This document shows, in pieces, positions 26,668-38,021 of a stretch of DNA of 53,895 nucleotides; the stretch's first letter is position 1; every line of letters begins with the position of its first letter. The notes under the pieces are model-generated. The model was not told where the DNA came from. It was given only the letters and a program-made list of their open reading frames with translations, and searched no databases. Source of the DNA: Patellaria atrata CBS 101060 (Eukaryota). The stretch spans positions 328,843 through 382,737 of the forward strand of contig MU006108.1 of NCBI GenBank assembly GCA_010093705.1, written 5' to 3'. A program made the position numbers and the translations under genes.

Positions 26668-27237
26668 ATGCCTCGAACTGAATCTCGCGCAGTTCGTCGT
26701 CGGCGTCTCGCAGCCCAAATTGTGTCCTCCGGTCGACTAATGCCCACTCCCTGTTCAACCTGTCGCCGTCAGTCTCGCACTTGCCGTCTCGATCTCTCTT
26801 CCGGCTTCTGTTCTAAGTGTGTGGCTCGTGGTTCAAAATGCGACCTTATGGTGACACAAAAGGACTGGGACAAGCTGAACGCTTCACGATCTGAGCTTCG
26901 TCGCAAGCTCGCTGAGGCGCGAGTTTCCCGTGACAACGCACATGCCCGGATGTTGGAGGCTTTCGCTCGTGAGGAGCGATTAATGCAGCAGCTCCAACTT
27001 CTCGATCAGAAGGAGGGCGAAATGATTCGTCGTGAGCTTAGTTCCATCGAGGAGCTTGAGGCTTTGGAGCGAGCAGCCGAAGGGCAGCGAGCTTCCTCGG
27101 TCGCTCCTTCTTCCTCCGCTGTCGTGTCTCCTTCTGGTTGGTCTGGTTTGGATTTCTCCGCCCTCGAGGGTCTGGAATTCCCTGGTTTTGGCGATGAAAC
27201 TGTTCAAGTTTCTGATCGCAATTCGTCAAATGTTTGA
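26668..27237 (+). CDS. Intact 189-aa Zn(II)2Cys6-like zinc-cluster, coiled-coil protein, antisense within element B2
   Basis: C29-x2-C-x6-C-x8-C-x2-C-x6-C58 spacing; basic N-terminus (RAVRRRR); helical E/R/L/A-rich middle; acidic-aromatic tail; GC-balanced with CpA/TpG retained. Confidence 0.85.
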   Translation: MPRTESRAVRRRRLAAQIVSSGRLMPTPCSTCRRQSRTCRLDLSSGFCSKCVARGSKCDLMVTQKDWDKLNASRSELRRKLAEARVSRDNAHARMLEAFAREERLMQQLQLLDQKEGEMIRRELSSIEELEALERAAEGQRASSVAPSSSAVVSPSGWSGLDFSALEGLEFPGFGDETVQVSDRNSSNV

Positions 27238-30200
27238 GTGGTTCCCACGTGTTGTCTACGTGTTCGTAGCCTTTCCATTTTACTAAATACTTGTACTGAC
27301 CGTCGACTCGTTATAGGTCTAAGATCCGTTCTACCTCGTAGATATCTTCTTCCTCGAGTTCTATAGGTCGTGTTTGGAGTTTAGCGTTAGCATGTGCTGG
27401 TTCTAGGAGTGATATATGAAAAACTGGGTGTATCTTCATTCCTTATGGTAATTCTAACTCGTAATTGACTTTTCCTTTGACCTATTTAATTTTAAAAGGG
27501 CCGATTTTCTTGTGGTCTAGTTTCTTGTTAGGTCGTTTTGTTTTGAGGTTTTTCTATAACAAGTAAACTTTGTCCCCCCTTTTAAAGGTCGGTTCTAGCG
27601 ATCTATGCTAATTGCTGTACTTTGCAGCCCTTGTCGTCTGGAAAGCTATATCTCGTGATAGTTATGCGTGCAATTCTTTGATTTGCCCGACTTTTAACGC
27701 TACTTCTTATAAGATACTCTAAACTGTTCTTGGCTCACGATATACCTCTAGTTCGAAACTATAGTTCGTATAGAAGGGTGAAACCTTCGTAGTATCGGAT
27801 TTCGCGCTATTATATGCGAATTATACTATTGATAGTAGCTCTACCTAGTTATTCTACTAGTAATTCATATAGTTGCGTAAGTATTGCTCTAGAGATTAGT
27901 TTATTCTTTCAGTCTAGCCATCCGTTTATAGGTGAAAGCTCGTTAATAGCTTATAGTTTACCCCTAAACTCTATACTAGAGTCTACTAAAACGCTAATTT
28001 AAATAGTTTATCTCTATCTAAGATAATCTCTCTTAGTATCTAGTGATTTGCTAGCACTATTTTTATCACTAATACTACTACTTATAATGCTATTATCGTT
28101 ATCTTTACTAGTATAAAGTAGGTGAACTTTATTAATCGCTCCACGATAACTAATATCGTGTTATACTCTACTTCTATTACTGGATCTTTAGATCCTAGTA
28201 GACCTATAATAAAGTCCATTATTATTAAGTCTTAAGCTCGCTTTAGTGGCTTAATATATTATATTTATCTATAGGATATATGTTTTACACTCTTATTCCG
28301 TGCGTAGTTATTACACTTTAAGATAACTTACTTCACTATACTTCTTACTTTTAGGAAATAGTAATTCCTTAGGATTCTTTCTAAGGTTTTATTAATACCC
28401 TAGTAACTATACGTTAGTGCTTTATAGATCTCTTTAGTAAGGGTCTTTCGTAGTATCGTTAGTATATATATAAGTCTATCGTATAGCTATATTTCTTAAG
28501 CTATTTATATTACCCTAAAGTCGTTATTCTTTCTAAACTCCTCTATTATACTATTCTTCTAATAGATATCACGAATTTATTATTCTCTCGTGGATTCGAT
28601 TATTAGTATTATAGCTAATTTTAGCTAATTATAGGTGATCGCGTTATTTTCTTTCTTTAGTACTATATTATATATTAGTTTCGTTTCTTCTAGGTAGTCG
28701 AATCTTCTACTTATAGTATTAGCTAGTTTATTTTCGACTTTTAGTCTATAAAATATTTTGAAGTTAAAGGATACGAGTGTTTCCGCCCACCTTACTTATC
28801 TTCGATTTAACTTCTTTATCGTGAGGAAGTTTATTAGGTTTTAGTGATCTAACTAAACTTTTATAGTGTACTTAGGTCCTTTAAGGTATAACTTTCACTA
28901 TTCGAATACGTCGATAATTGCTAATAATTCCTTATCGTGTATATCGTAGTTTAGCTTTACGGCCGTGAACTTTCGCGAATAAAAGGCTATTAGATATAAT
29001 CGTCCTTTCTCGTCTAGCTAACTTATATATACACCTAGTGTATAATTAGATACGTTAGTCTTTAGCACTATCGATTTCTCTAGGTTAAATATAATTAAGA
29101 TAGGTGCTATAGTGAATTTCTTCTTAAGTTTATTAAATACTTTCTATATCTTCTCTATCTAAACGAAGGTATTTTCCTTCTTTATTAACTCTAATAGCGG
29201 CGTTATTACCCTCGAGTACCCCTAGATAAACTTTCTATAGTAGTTCGCGAAATCTAAAAACGATTATATATCTTTTACGTTTTTTAGTATTAGCTAATCT
29301 TGGATTACGGTTATCTTTTTTAAGTCTACTCGTATACCTTTAATGGTAACGATAAAGCCTAGGAATTCCGTTTCTTTAATATAGAATTTACACTTATTTA
29401 GGTGTATTAGAAGTCTCTTTTCCCGTAGTTTCGTTAATATTTTCTTTATATACTCCCTATACTCTTCGAATATTCCGTTTATATATACTAGTATATTATC
29501 TAGATAAATAGTTATAAATACGTCTAAATACTCTCTTAGTATATAATTAATCACTATTTAGAACGTTACTAGGGCGTTAATTAAGCCGAATAGTATCACT
29601 ATATATTCGTATAGTCTAAACCTCGTTCTTATAACTATCTTCTATTCTTCGCCTTTTTTTATTCTAATTCGATAGTAACCGTCTCGGATATCGAATTTCG
29701 TAAACTATTTTACTCCTTATAACCTATCCTAGATTTCTAAGATTAAGGGTAATAGATATCTATTCTTAATTATAGTGTCGTTTAGCTATCTATAGTTAAT
29801 ATATAATCTTAGCTAGCTATTCTTCTTTAATATAAATAAAATCGGTGAAGCTATTAGACTTTCGCTAGGTCGTATATATTCCTTTTCTAGGTTAGTATAA
29901 ATATATTCTTTAAGTGCTTTATATTATTCTCTTATTAACGGGTAAATTAGATTAGGTCGTAATTTTATACCCTTCTTTAGCACTATTTTATAATCCTATA
30001 TCTAGTAATTTAGAAGTATAGTCGCTATATTTTCTTTAAATAAATCTTTAAACTCGCTATACTTTTCAGGTATTTTAGGTTCTTCGGAAACCTTTTTAGC
30101 GTTTACTTTTCTAAGCTATACTACTCTTACGCTCTTAGGTTTATTTCTATAGATCTTTATTATCTTATAGTGCGAAATACGTTCTATAGATATACTAGCG

Positions 30201-30685
30201 TCTATCTATTTAGTACGCCTTATTCGCTTAACTTTATTCTTTTATAAGGTGTCTCGATTAATCTAGATACTTCTTATCTTCTAGTTAATATCTAGATTTA
30301 TTATTTATAACTAGTCTATCTCTAGAATTATATCTATATCTTCTAGATTAGTTATAAGGATACGTTAAGTAGTTACCTTCCCTTATATATTAACTTTTAC
30401 CGGTATAGTCTTAAAGTTAATTAGACCTCGTCTATATCCTATTTCTTCGCTATTTCCTAGTCGCAACGGGACTAGATTCTTAAATTTCACGTAAGGTATA
30501 CTCTTCTTTTCTACCTATCGGGGTGAGATAAACGAATCGGTGGCGTCACTATTAACTAGCGCTATCGTTCTCTTACCGTATATAGTAACATCTATTTAAA
30601 GCGTTTTATCGTTACTTCGTAGGGTTTTAAGAAATTTAGGAGCTATACTTCTCGATCGTTTCTATCTCGAGTGGCTTAGTAGTTT
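27038..30685 (-). pseudogene. pol: Family B pol of B2; chromodomain end nearly unmutated
   Basis: RT fragment ORF 29294-29554 (YLDNILVY); QYKYLVKWKGYEHVDNTWEPLKHLTNCDQKLEQFH read at about 27195-27298; C-terminal tail is ORF 27038-27229. Confidence 0.93.
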
Positions 30686-32733
30686 TTTATATAGCTATAC
30701 GTTAGATAACCGGGTTCTATACACTTAGCCTAGTGTAGTCTATCGTGTCTATCGTAATACGGGCCTTTACGGTGTTCTTCGTATTCGGGCTCTCGACACT
30801 CTCTCTTAATAACTACGTCGTGGCTAGGGTTACTTTTAATTTCTACTCTCCACCTCTATACTATATAATAGTTATACTATATACCTTTTATTATATATTA
30901 TCCGAAGTCTTATATATTATACTTAGTAACGTGTTTAGGTACTTCTTTATCGTTTTAGAGTACTTTTATCTCCCACGGGAATACTTTTCCTTTATAGAAC
31001 TCTTCTTCTAATCCTCTATAGTACTAATAATCCGTGCTATATTCGTAGTCTTCCCATATTATTACTATATATCTTATATAGATTAGTGTTTAATAGTGTC
31101 GCCTACACCTAAACTTATCTATATAGTCGAAACTATCGTACTTTCTATAATCGCCTATTAGTGGTTCGAGTTCTTAATTCTTTTCAGTTTTTCTTATTTT
31201 ATCTTCATAGATTTTATATCCTTTCACCTAGCATTCGCCTTTAGGTAAATATATATAAGTAGGGTCTCGATCCCTAAACTTCGTTATAGCCTTCTACTAT
31301 TTATAGTATAAGTAGTTATCCTCTTTATATTATATCTATCGAAAGGCTAAATAGTCTTCTATCCTCGGTATAAGGTTCAATTATTATTCTTCGATAATCG
31401 CGTCGGTATTAGATTTAGGTTCGATCGGTTCCTAATCTTAGAACTCTTATTCAAGCTAACGTTATTATTCTATAATCCGGTATATAAGGCTTAGTCCGTT
31501 AGATATTAATACTCTAATTCTCTAACCCTAGTTCTATACTAGGTATTCTAATACTATATATATATATACGTTTCTATACGCCTAATATTGTTAGTTATCT
31601 AAACGTTATCGGAGTGTTTCCTCCTCTAGCTAGTTTCCTACTATTAGGAACGACGTTAATAGCTTACTTACCTCTATTTAGTAGGGTAGCGGTATTTCCT
31701 TAATCTCTTCTTCTTCGAGCGATAAGACTAGTGATAGTGGTGTTAGGTGTATAACTCTAAGTTATATACGTCGGTTATATCGCGAGGATAGTTACGTCTT
31801 CTATAGATAGTCTCTCTTAAAATGTCCCATTTCTCTATATTATAGATATACTTTATTTATAAAGCGCTCTTTTTCTTCTTAGATAAATTATCGTTATTTC
31901 TTTAACTTCTTTTATTTTATTTATTATAGTCGATCGAGGTCTATCGAGTCCCCCTAATCTTATCTATTTATAGCCTTTATTACCTTCTTTCTATATTTAA
32001 CTATAATATTCTTCCGTCCTCCCTTTTCCTATCTACGCTTATATAACCTATTATCTATTCTAACTACTAAGGTCACTACGTCCTATATTATTATTAGTCT
32101 CTTATAATAAACCCATTTATCCTTCACTTCTTCCTTTAAACCTTAATAGAAAGCGATTATTAGTGATTTATCGGGCTAACCTAATATTAATACTACTTAT
32201 TAGAACGTAGTCGTATACTTTAAGGCTAACCCTTTCTATCTAAGTCCTTAAAGCTTTCTTTTAGCTACTTATTATTTATCGACTTCCCTAAAAATATTCT
32301 TAAGCGTTTCTTTAAACTTCGGAAATAACTTAAAGATCTTTATTATTTCGTCTTTTTAGTGTTTTTCGCTATTCTTAAAATAGTCTCGTGTAATAGGTTT
32401 AAACCATTCTAGAGCGTCTTCTTTAAGGTACGCTAATATATCGAGTACACGTTCACTATCGTCCGTTAACCCTATTCTTTTATAATAAATCCTCACCTAG
32501 ATTAAGAATCCTCTTAGCTCGTCTCGTTTACTATCGTATAGTGTGGGTTCTTTAACTTTCGCGGTTCGCTTTTATAATAAGAGTAACTATACGGTAAGTT
32601 GTTCGAGTTAGCCCCTAAGTTCTTAAACTATCCCTTCATTTTCGAGTTCGCTAATACGTTTATATAACGCTTAGATATATTCTTTATCCGTCTTCGTGTT
32701 AGCTACGGCTAACGATATCGTGTCTAAGTCTAT
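30676..32733 (-). pseudogene. gag: Family B gag of B2
   Basis: 2058 bp, reverse-complement match to 10540-12597. Confidence 0.86.
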
Positions 32734-34684
32734 TATACGCTTTCCTACTATATGGTAGTTATAATGTTATAACGGGAGTCTATACTTATTAAGACGGAAC
32801 TAGATAAGTCTAGAAACGCGCCTAGCTTCTCACTTAACGTGGTTAACTATAAAGGTAGGTTTAGTAAAGTGATAGAATACGTATAATAAAAGGCACTTTA
32901 AGTTATCGGTATAACTTACTAACTCCTTAACTTCGGGTAATACTCTTAAAGAGATAAGACGTACTATACGGAAATAGTGTAATAAGTGAAGTTAAGTTTA
33001 AAACCGTAACATCCAAATCTATAGGTAAGATTAATAGTAAGAATAACTACGAAGAATCTAAATATATAAGGGAAAGACCGTCCTTAAATATTCCTATCCT
33101 TTATAGTTAATTTAGGGTGCTTACACTCTTTTAGACGTGGTGGCCGTTCTAGATATAGATCTTCTTTTACGTCCTTCACGTCCATTATATCTATAACCTA
33201 GACGTCCTAGACGCGGTGGACGTGGATCCCCTCTCGCGTCCTTTACGTCCATTACGTCCATAGTTTCTAGTCACGTGACCCCTTATTACTAGTTTTATCT
33301 ATGGTTCTCCCGAGTGGTGTTCCTACTTTCCCCTTACTCATTATCTATATATTCCTATAACTTATGGCCGTAATATATTACTAATTAGAGATAAATATTA
33401 ATAATATATTATCTTCGACTTTAAATTATTCCTTAAGAATATATATAGATTCGAAATAACGTTTATAGTAGTAGATCGATTAGAAAAAAGAGCGATCTTA
33501 CTTCCTTATATTAAAAATATCTCGATTAAGATAACTATAAAGCTATATTATAAATATATATAATAAATATATAATATATTAAAGATAACGATATTAGATT
33601 ATAATCTATAGTTTATTTCTATATTTATAGATAAACTTTATAAATTAATAAAAGTGAAATAGAAACTATCTATAACTTACTATTTATAAATAAATAAAGA
33701 TATAAAGATTATTAATTAGTATATAAATTTATAGCTTTAACTCTTTATAAACTATTATTAGAATAATTAATTAAAGCTATTATCTATAATAGACTTTATT
33801 TAAATTATATTAATTTATAAATTAATAGGTATTTTTCTTTATAAGTTAGAATTTAGTTATTAACTATAAATATATTTTAATTAATAAGAGCGGATAGATC
33901 TCGATATATATAAGATAGTCCGAGAAAAGATAAATAAAGAAGAAGCTTAACTATTTACGAAATATATCTATAATACTATTAAATAGGCGAGGAATAACCT
34001 AGAAAAGATATAAATAATATAGATAAAGTCGATTAATAAGTATCGAAGAAAACTAGATTTCGAATTAAAAGACTACGTCTTTATCTTATATAAAGACTAG
34101 ATATTAAATAAGTTAAGTATTAAACTAGATTATTAAAATATAGATTTATATAAAATAATAGAAATAAAGAGGTACTCTTATATAATTAACTTATCTATTA
34201 ATATAAAAATATCGAATATATTCTATATAAATAGACTTTATAAAGCACTAATAGACCTATTACTTAGATAATAATTAGAATTATCACCGTTAATCGAAAT
34301 AGATAACGAGTCTAAATATAAAGTAGATAAGATCTTAGTAAACTATATCTCTCGCGGTAAATTATAGTATAAAGTAAGTTAGATTAAATATAACCCTAAT
34401 AAGATATAATATTTAACTTATAACTTTATCGAAGTATTATATAAACTTAAAGAATTTTATAATTAGAGATTAACTAATATTAAACTATTAATCCGACTTA
34501 AAGAATAACTCTAAGCCTTTAAATTTAAGATAAAAGTAGAGCCGTATAACGATAATAATATAATTAAAAAGAAGGGGTCTATATAAATTTTAAGATATTA
34601 TAAATAGATAATAGATTATATTATAAAATACTATTAATATTACTATAGAAATTAAGGCCGATTTTTACTATTAAAAAGAGGTAA

Positions 34685-34956
34685 TATAATAATATATTAT
34701 AATATTAATCCTATATTTCTTATATTAAGTGTTTAGTTTATTTATAAAAGATCTTTACTAAGTTAGACACGAAAAAGATCTTTAAATATTAATTAGTTAA
34801 ATAGAAGATAATTAGATTAAGACTTAATAAGATAAGACTATTATATATAAATATTTAGCCTATAATATTATTATTTCTTAACTTAATCTCTATACTTAAT
34901 AGTTAGTAATAGAGATAGTTAAAATATAATTACTATAACTATACTATATTATTATA
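34685..34956 (+). repeat. Family A 3' LTR of A3
   Basis: 272 bp, after the purine tract AAAAAGAGG and before TSD ATAAT. Confidence 0.88.
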
Positions 34957-35283
34957 ATAATATATCGATTAAGTATCTTTAGTTAGTAAAAAATTATCTA
35001 AAAAAGTATTTTTAAAAAGAGTTTATTAAGTTAAGCGAGATATTATATATATCTCTAATATTGATTATTAAGAAGTTAAGTGGTAGTTAAAAATTTTATA
35101 TAAACTATTAAAAGCTTAATAATATTATTAAGAAAGATAAGTATCTATTATTACTTATAAAAAAGATATTAACCTAGCTATAATATATAAAGATATTTAT
35201 AAAACTTAACGTATAATAAATATTTTACTAAATATAAATAATAAAGTTAATTAAAGATTTTATTATATTCTAAACCTAATATA
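34957..35283 (+). pseudogene. pol: Gypsy family C RT N-terminal fragment (continuation of 6091-6599)
   Basis: RIP-degraded KKxxGGWRFCVDYRKLN..KKDKYPLP-type region, distinct from family A. Confidence 0.7.
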
Positions 35284-35555
35284 TATAATAATATATTATA
35301 ATATTAATCCCGTATTTTCTATACTAAATATTTAGTTTATTTATAAGAGATCTTTACTAGATTAAACGCGGAAAAGATCTTTAAACGTTAATTAGTTAAA
35401 TAGAAGATAGTTAAACTAAGACTTAATAAAATAGGATTATTATATATAAATATTTAGTTTACGATATTATTATTTCTTAACTTAATCTCTATATTTAGTA
35501 GTTAGTAATAGAGATAGTTAAAATATAATTATTATAATTATATTATATTATTATA
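35284..35555 (+). repeat. Solo family A LTR without a TSD
   Basis: 272-bp A LTR; flanks ATATA and GGAAT do not match and belong to different elements. Confidence 0.85.
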
Positions 35556-38021
35556 GGAATTATAATATCTTATTACTAGTCTTTAACTATAATAGCTTAT
35601 TCTAGCTAAATAATCTAATAATATTTATAATTAAGTAAATTATTAGTTTTAAAGAACTACTTCTTATTTATAAGTATATTATTATAACTTATATCTATTA
35701 TTATAATTAATATTAACTATTTTTATTCTCTAATTACGAGGTTTATCTCGAGTATTTAGTTAATTAATACTACTTTTAAATTATTAAAGATATTAATTTT
35801 AATCTTTTAGTTTATCTTTCTAACTTTAATTTTAAGGCGTTATTTTAAAGCGGGTAACTATCTTTTATTTAATAAAGTATACTTTTAAACTCTAGTATTA
35901 ATTAAAGCTTTAAGTTATATTATAATTCTATTCTTTAAGATTTAATATAATATTATAAATAGCTTTTCTAATACTAAATCGTTAATCGATATTACTAATA
36001 CTTTTACTATTAACTCTAATATAAAGTCTTTATTTAAGATTTCTCGTTTTCTAAATTTAACTTTAAATTAGACTTTAAACTTTAATATTTATCTTTTTAG
36101 ACTAATTTTACTTTAATTATCTTTTTTAATCTTTAGTATTTTAATACTTTATATCTAGCCTTATTATAATTAAAGTAATTATCTATAAACTTTTAAATAA
36201 TTATAATCTACTTTATTATTTATAATATTATAAATAAGGTAATTTCTTTACTTTCTAATTAATATAAACTTCTATTTATTATTATTAAGATAGAAGTTAT
36301 TCTAATTAATTTATTATATTTTTAACTTTTTTTTATAGATTTTACTAATTTTATCTAACTTTTCTAACTCTTATATTTATATTATAATTTTATTATAATA
36401 CTTTTAAAAGCTAATTTCGTTATTATTTATAATTTTTACTATTATTAACCTTAAATTATTATAAAATTTATTATAGAGTTTCTCTTTCTATTAGTTATAT
36501 AATAATTTAGCTTTATTAACTAGCTAGATAAATATAAACTAGAATTTTAAAAAGTCTATTAAATAATTTTATCTTAATTTCTTTAATTTATCTTTAACTT
36601 TTAATTATTTATTTAAATCTTTATAAATTTAGTTTAGAAATCTTATTAATCTTATTAAAATTATATTATTCTCCTCTAATTTTAAGAAAAAGTATATATA
36701 TTTAACTATTTTATTATTAATCTATATTTTAATATAAGTAATCTTTATCCTTTTATCTTAAAATTAATTATTATTAATATAAAGTTTATTATTTATTTTA
36801 CTTTTTTATTTTTTATAGATTAACTTTTTATTATTAATTAATTTTAATAGATTAGGGAACTTTTTTATCTTATTATCGTCTTTACTTCTAAAGTTTTTAG
36901 TTAAGTTAATTATTTTAACTTAATTATTATAATTATATAATATTAATAATTCTTTATCGTTAAATTTATTATTAAACTAAATACTTTTTTAATTTAATTT
37001 AAACTATTTAATCTATTTTTTTAAATTATCGATCTTATTTTAAAGACGTTTTATAGCTTTTTTATTTATTTAATATATTTATAACTTTAGTTATAAATTA
37101 AGTATTATCTTATTAATAAAATTTACTATCTTTCTAAATTATATTTCTTAAATTATAAGCTTTATTTTTATATAAAGATACTTTATTATAAATTAATTTA
37201 AACTTTTAACTACCTATTTCTTTATTCTATCGATTATATTAACGTTTCAATTATTTATAATAATAATATATTTAAAAGATTTCTCTTTTTCTATTATTCT
37301 AGGAATTTCTTTTAATAGATTTTATAAATCCACTTTTAAAATATTATTAATAATTTATCAATTAATTACTTTTAATATTAATTTATATTAGTATATTTTT
37401 TCTTTTTCTTTTAATTTAATATTACTTTTTACTTCTAAATTTATAATTAACTTATTATCTATTTATTTTATTAAAGTTACTAAAAATTTAACTATTTTAT
37501 TTAATTTACTATAATATTTATTTCTTTAAATAATTTATATTTATTAATTTTAATCTTTTTTAAATATTAGATTATCGTTATTATTAATATTAATACTCTT
37601 AAATACTAAATATTTTATTATTAATAAAGTTTAATTATTTATAAATTCTCGATTAATCTAATAATTATTTATTAACTAGACTAATATTATACTTTAATTA
37701 AAATATTATATCGCCTTTTTAAAGACTATTAAAGAAGAACTTAATTTAATATAATAATATAGTATAGCTATAATAATTATATTTTAATTATCTTTATTAT
37801 TAATTACTAAATATAAAGATTAAGTTAAGAAATAATAATATTATAAATCGAATATTTATATATAATAGTCTTATCTTATTAAATCTTAATCTAATTATCT
37901 TTTATTTAATTAATTAACGCTTAAAGATTTTTTCTATATTCGATTTAATAAAGATCTATTATAAATAAACTAAATATTTAATATAAAAAATATAGAATTA
38001 GTATTATAATATATTATTATA
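35556..38021 (-). mobile_element. Family A, copy A4 (5' LTR at 37750-38021, gag, protease; truncated), left-arm copy
   Basis: Reverse-complement match to the 5' half of A; abuts a truncated A' LTR. Confidence 0.85.

Larger units (their letters stand above)
25942..33375 (-). mobile_element. Gypsy/chromovirus family B, copy B2: full length (7434 bp), inserted in the A3 integrase
   Basis: TSD TATTA at 25937-25941 and 33376-33380; 611-bp LTRs at 25942-26552 (3') and 32765-33375 (5'); PPT at about 26553-26567. Confidence 0.96.
6600..34956 (+). mobile_element. Gypsy family A, copy A3: full length, heavily RIP-mutated, split into 6600-9898, 24070-25941 and 33376-34956 by B1 and B2
   Basis: LTRs at 6600-6871 and 34685-34956; TSD ATAAT at 6595-6599 and 34957-34961; the three pieces join colinearly with A2. 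Confidence 0.9.

Noticed and set aside
26668..27237. The ORF as an env gene or a stranded host gene
   Set aside because: It is antisense with no signal peptide or transmembrane segment, lies inside the LTRs, and is present at the same position in B1.
26980..27286. ORFs 26980-27207 and 27032-27286
   Set aside because: Alternative frames in the GC-rich unmutated island, where stop codons are rare; no motifs.
27814..29554. ORFs 27814-28002 and 29294-29554 as genes
   Set aside because: The first is an antisense shadow of integrase; the second is a stop-bounded fragment of the B2 RT pseudogene.
9899..33375. B1 and B2 as arms of a second palindrome
   Set aside because: Each has its own TSD and different flanks, and they show non-RIP differences (near 11850 versus 31400), so they are independent insertions in opposite orientation.
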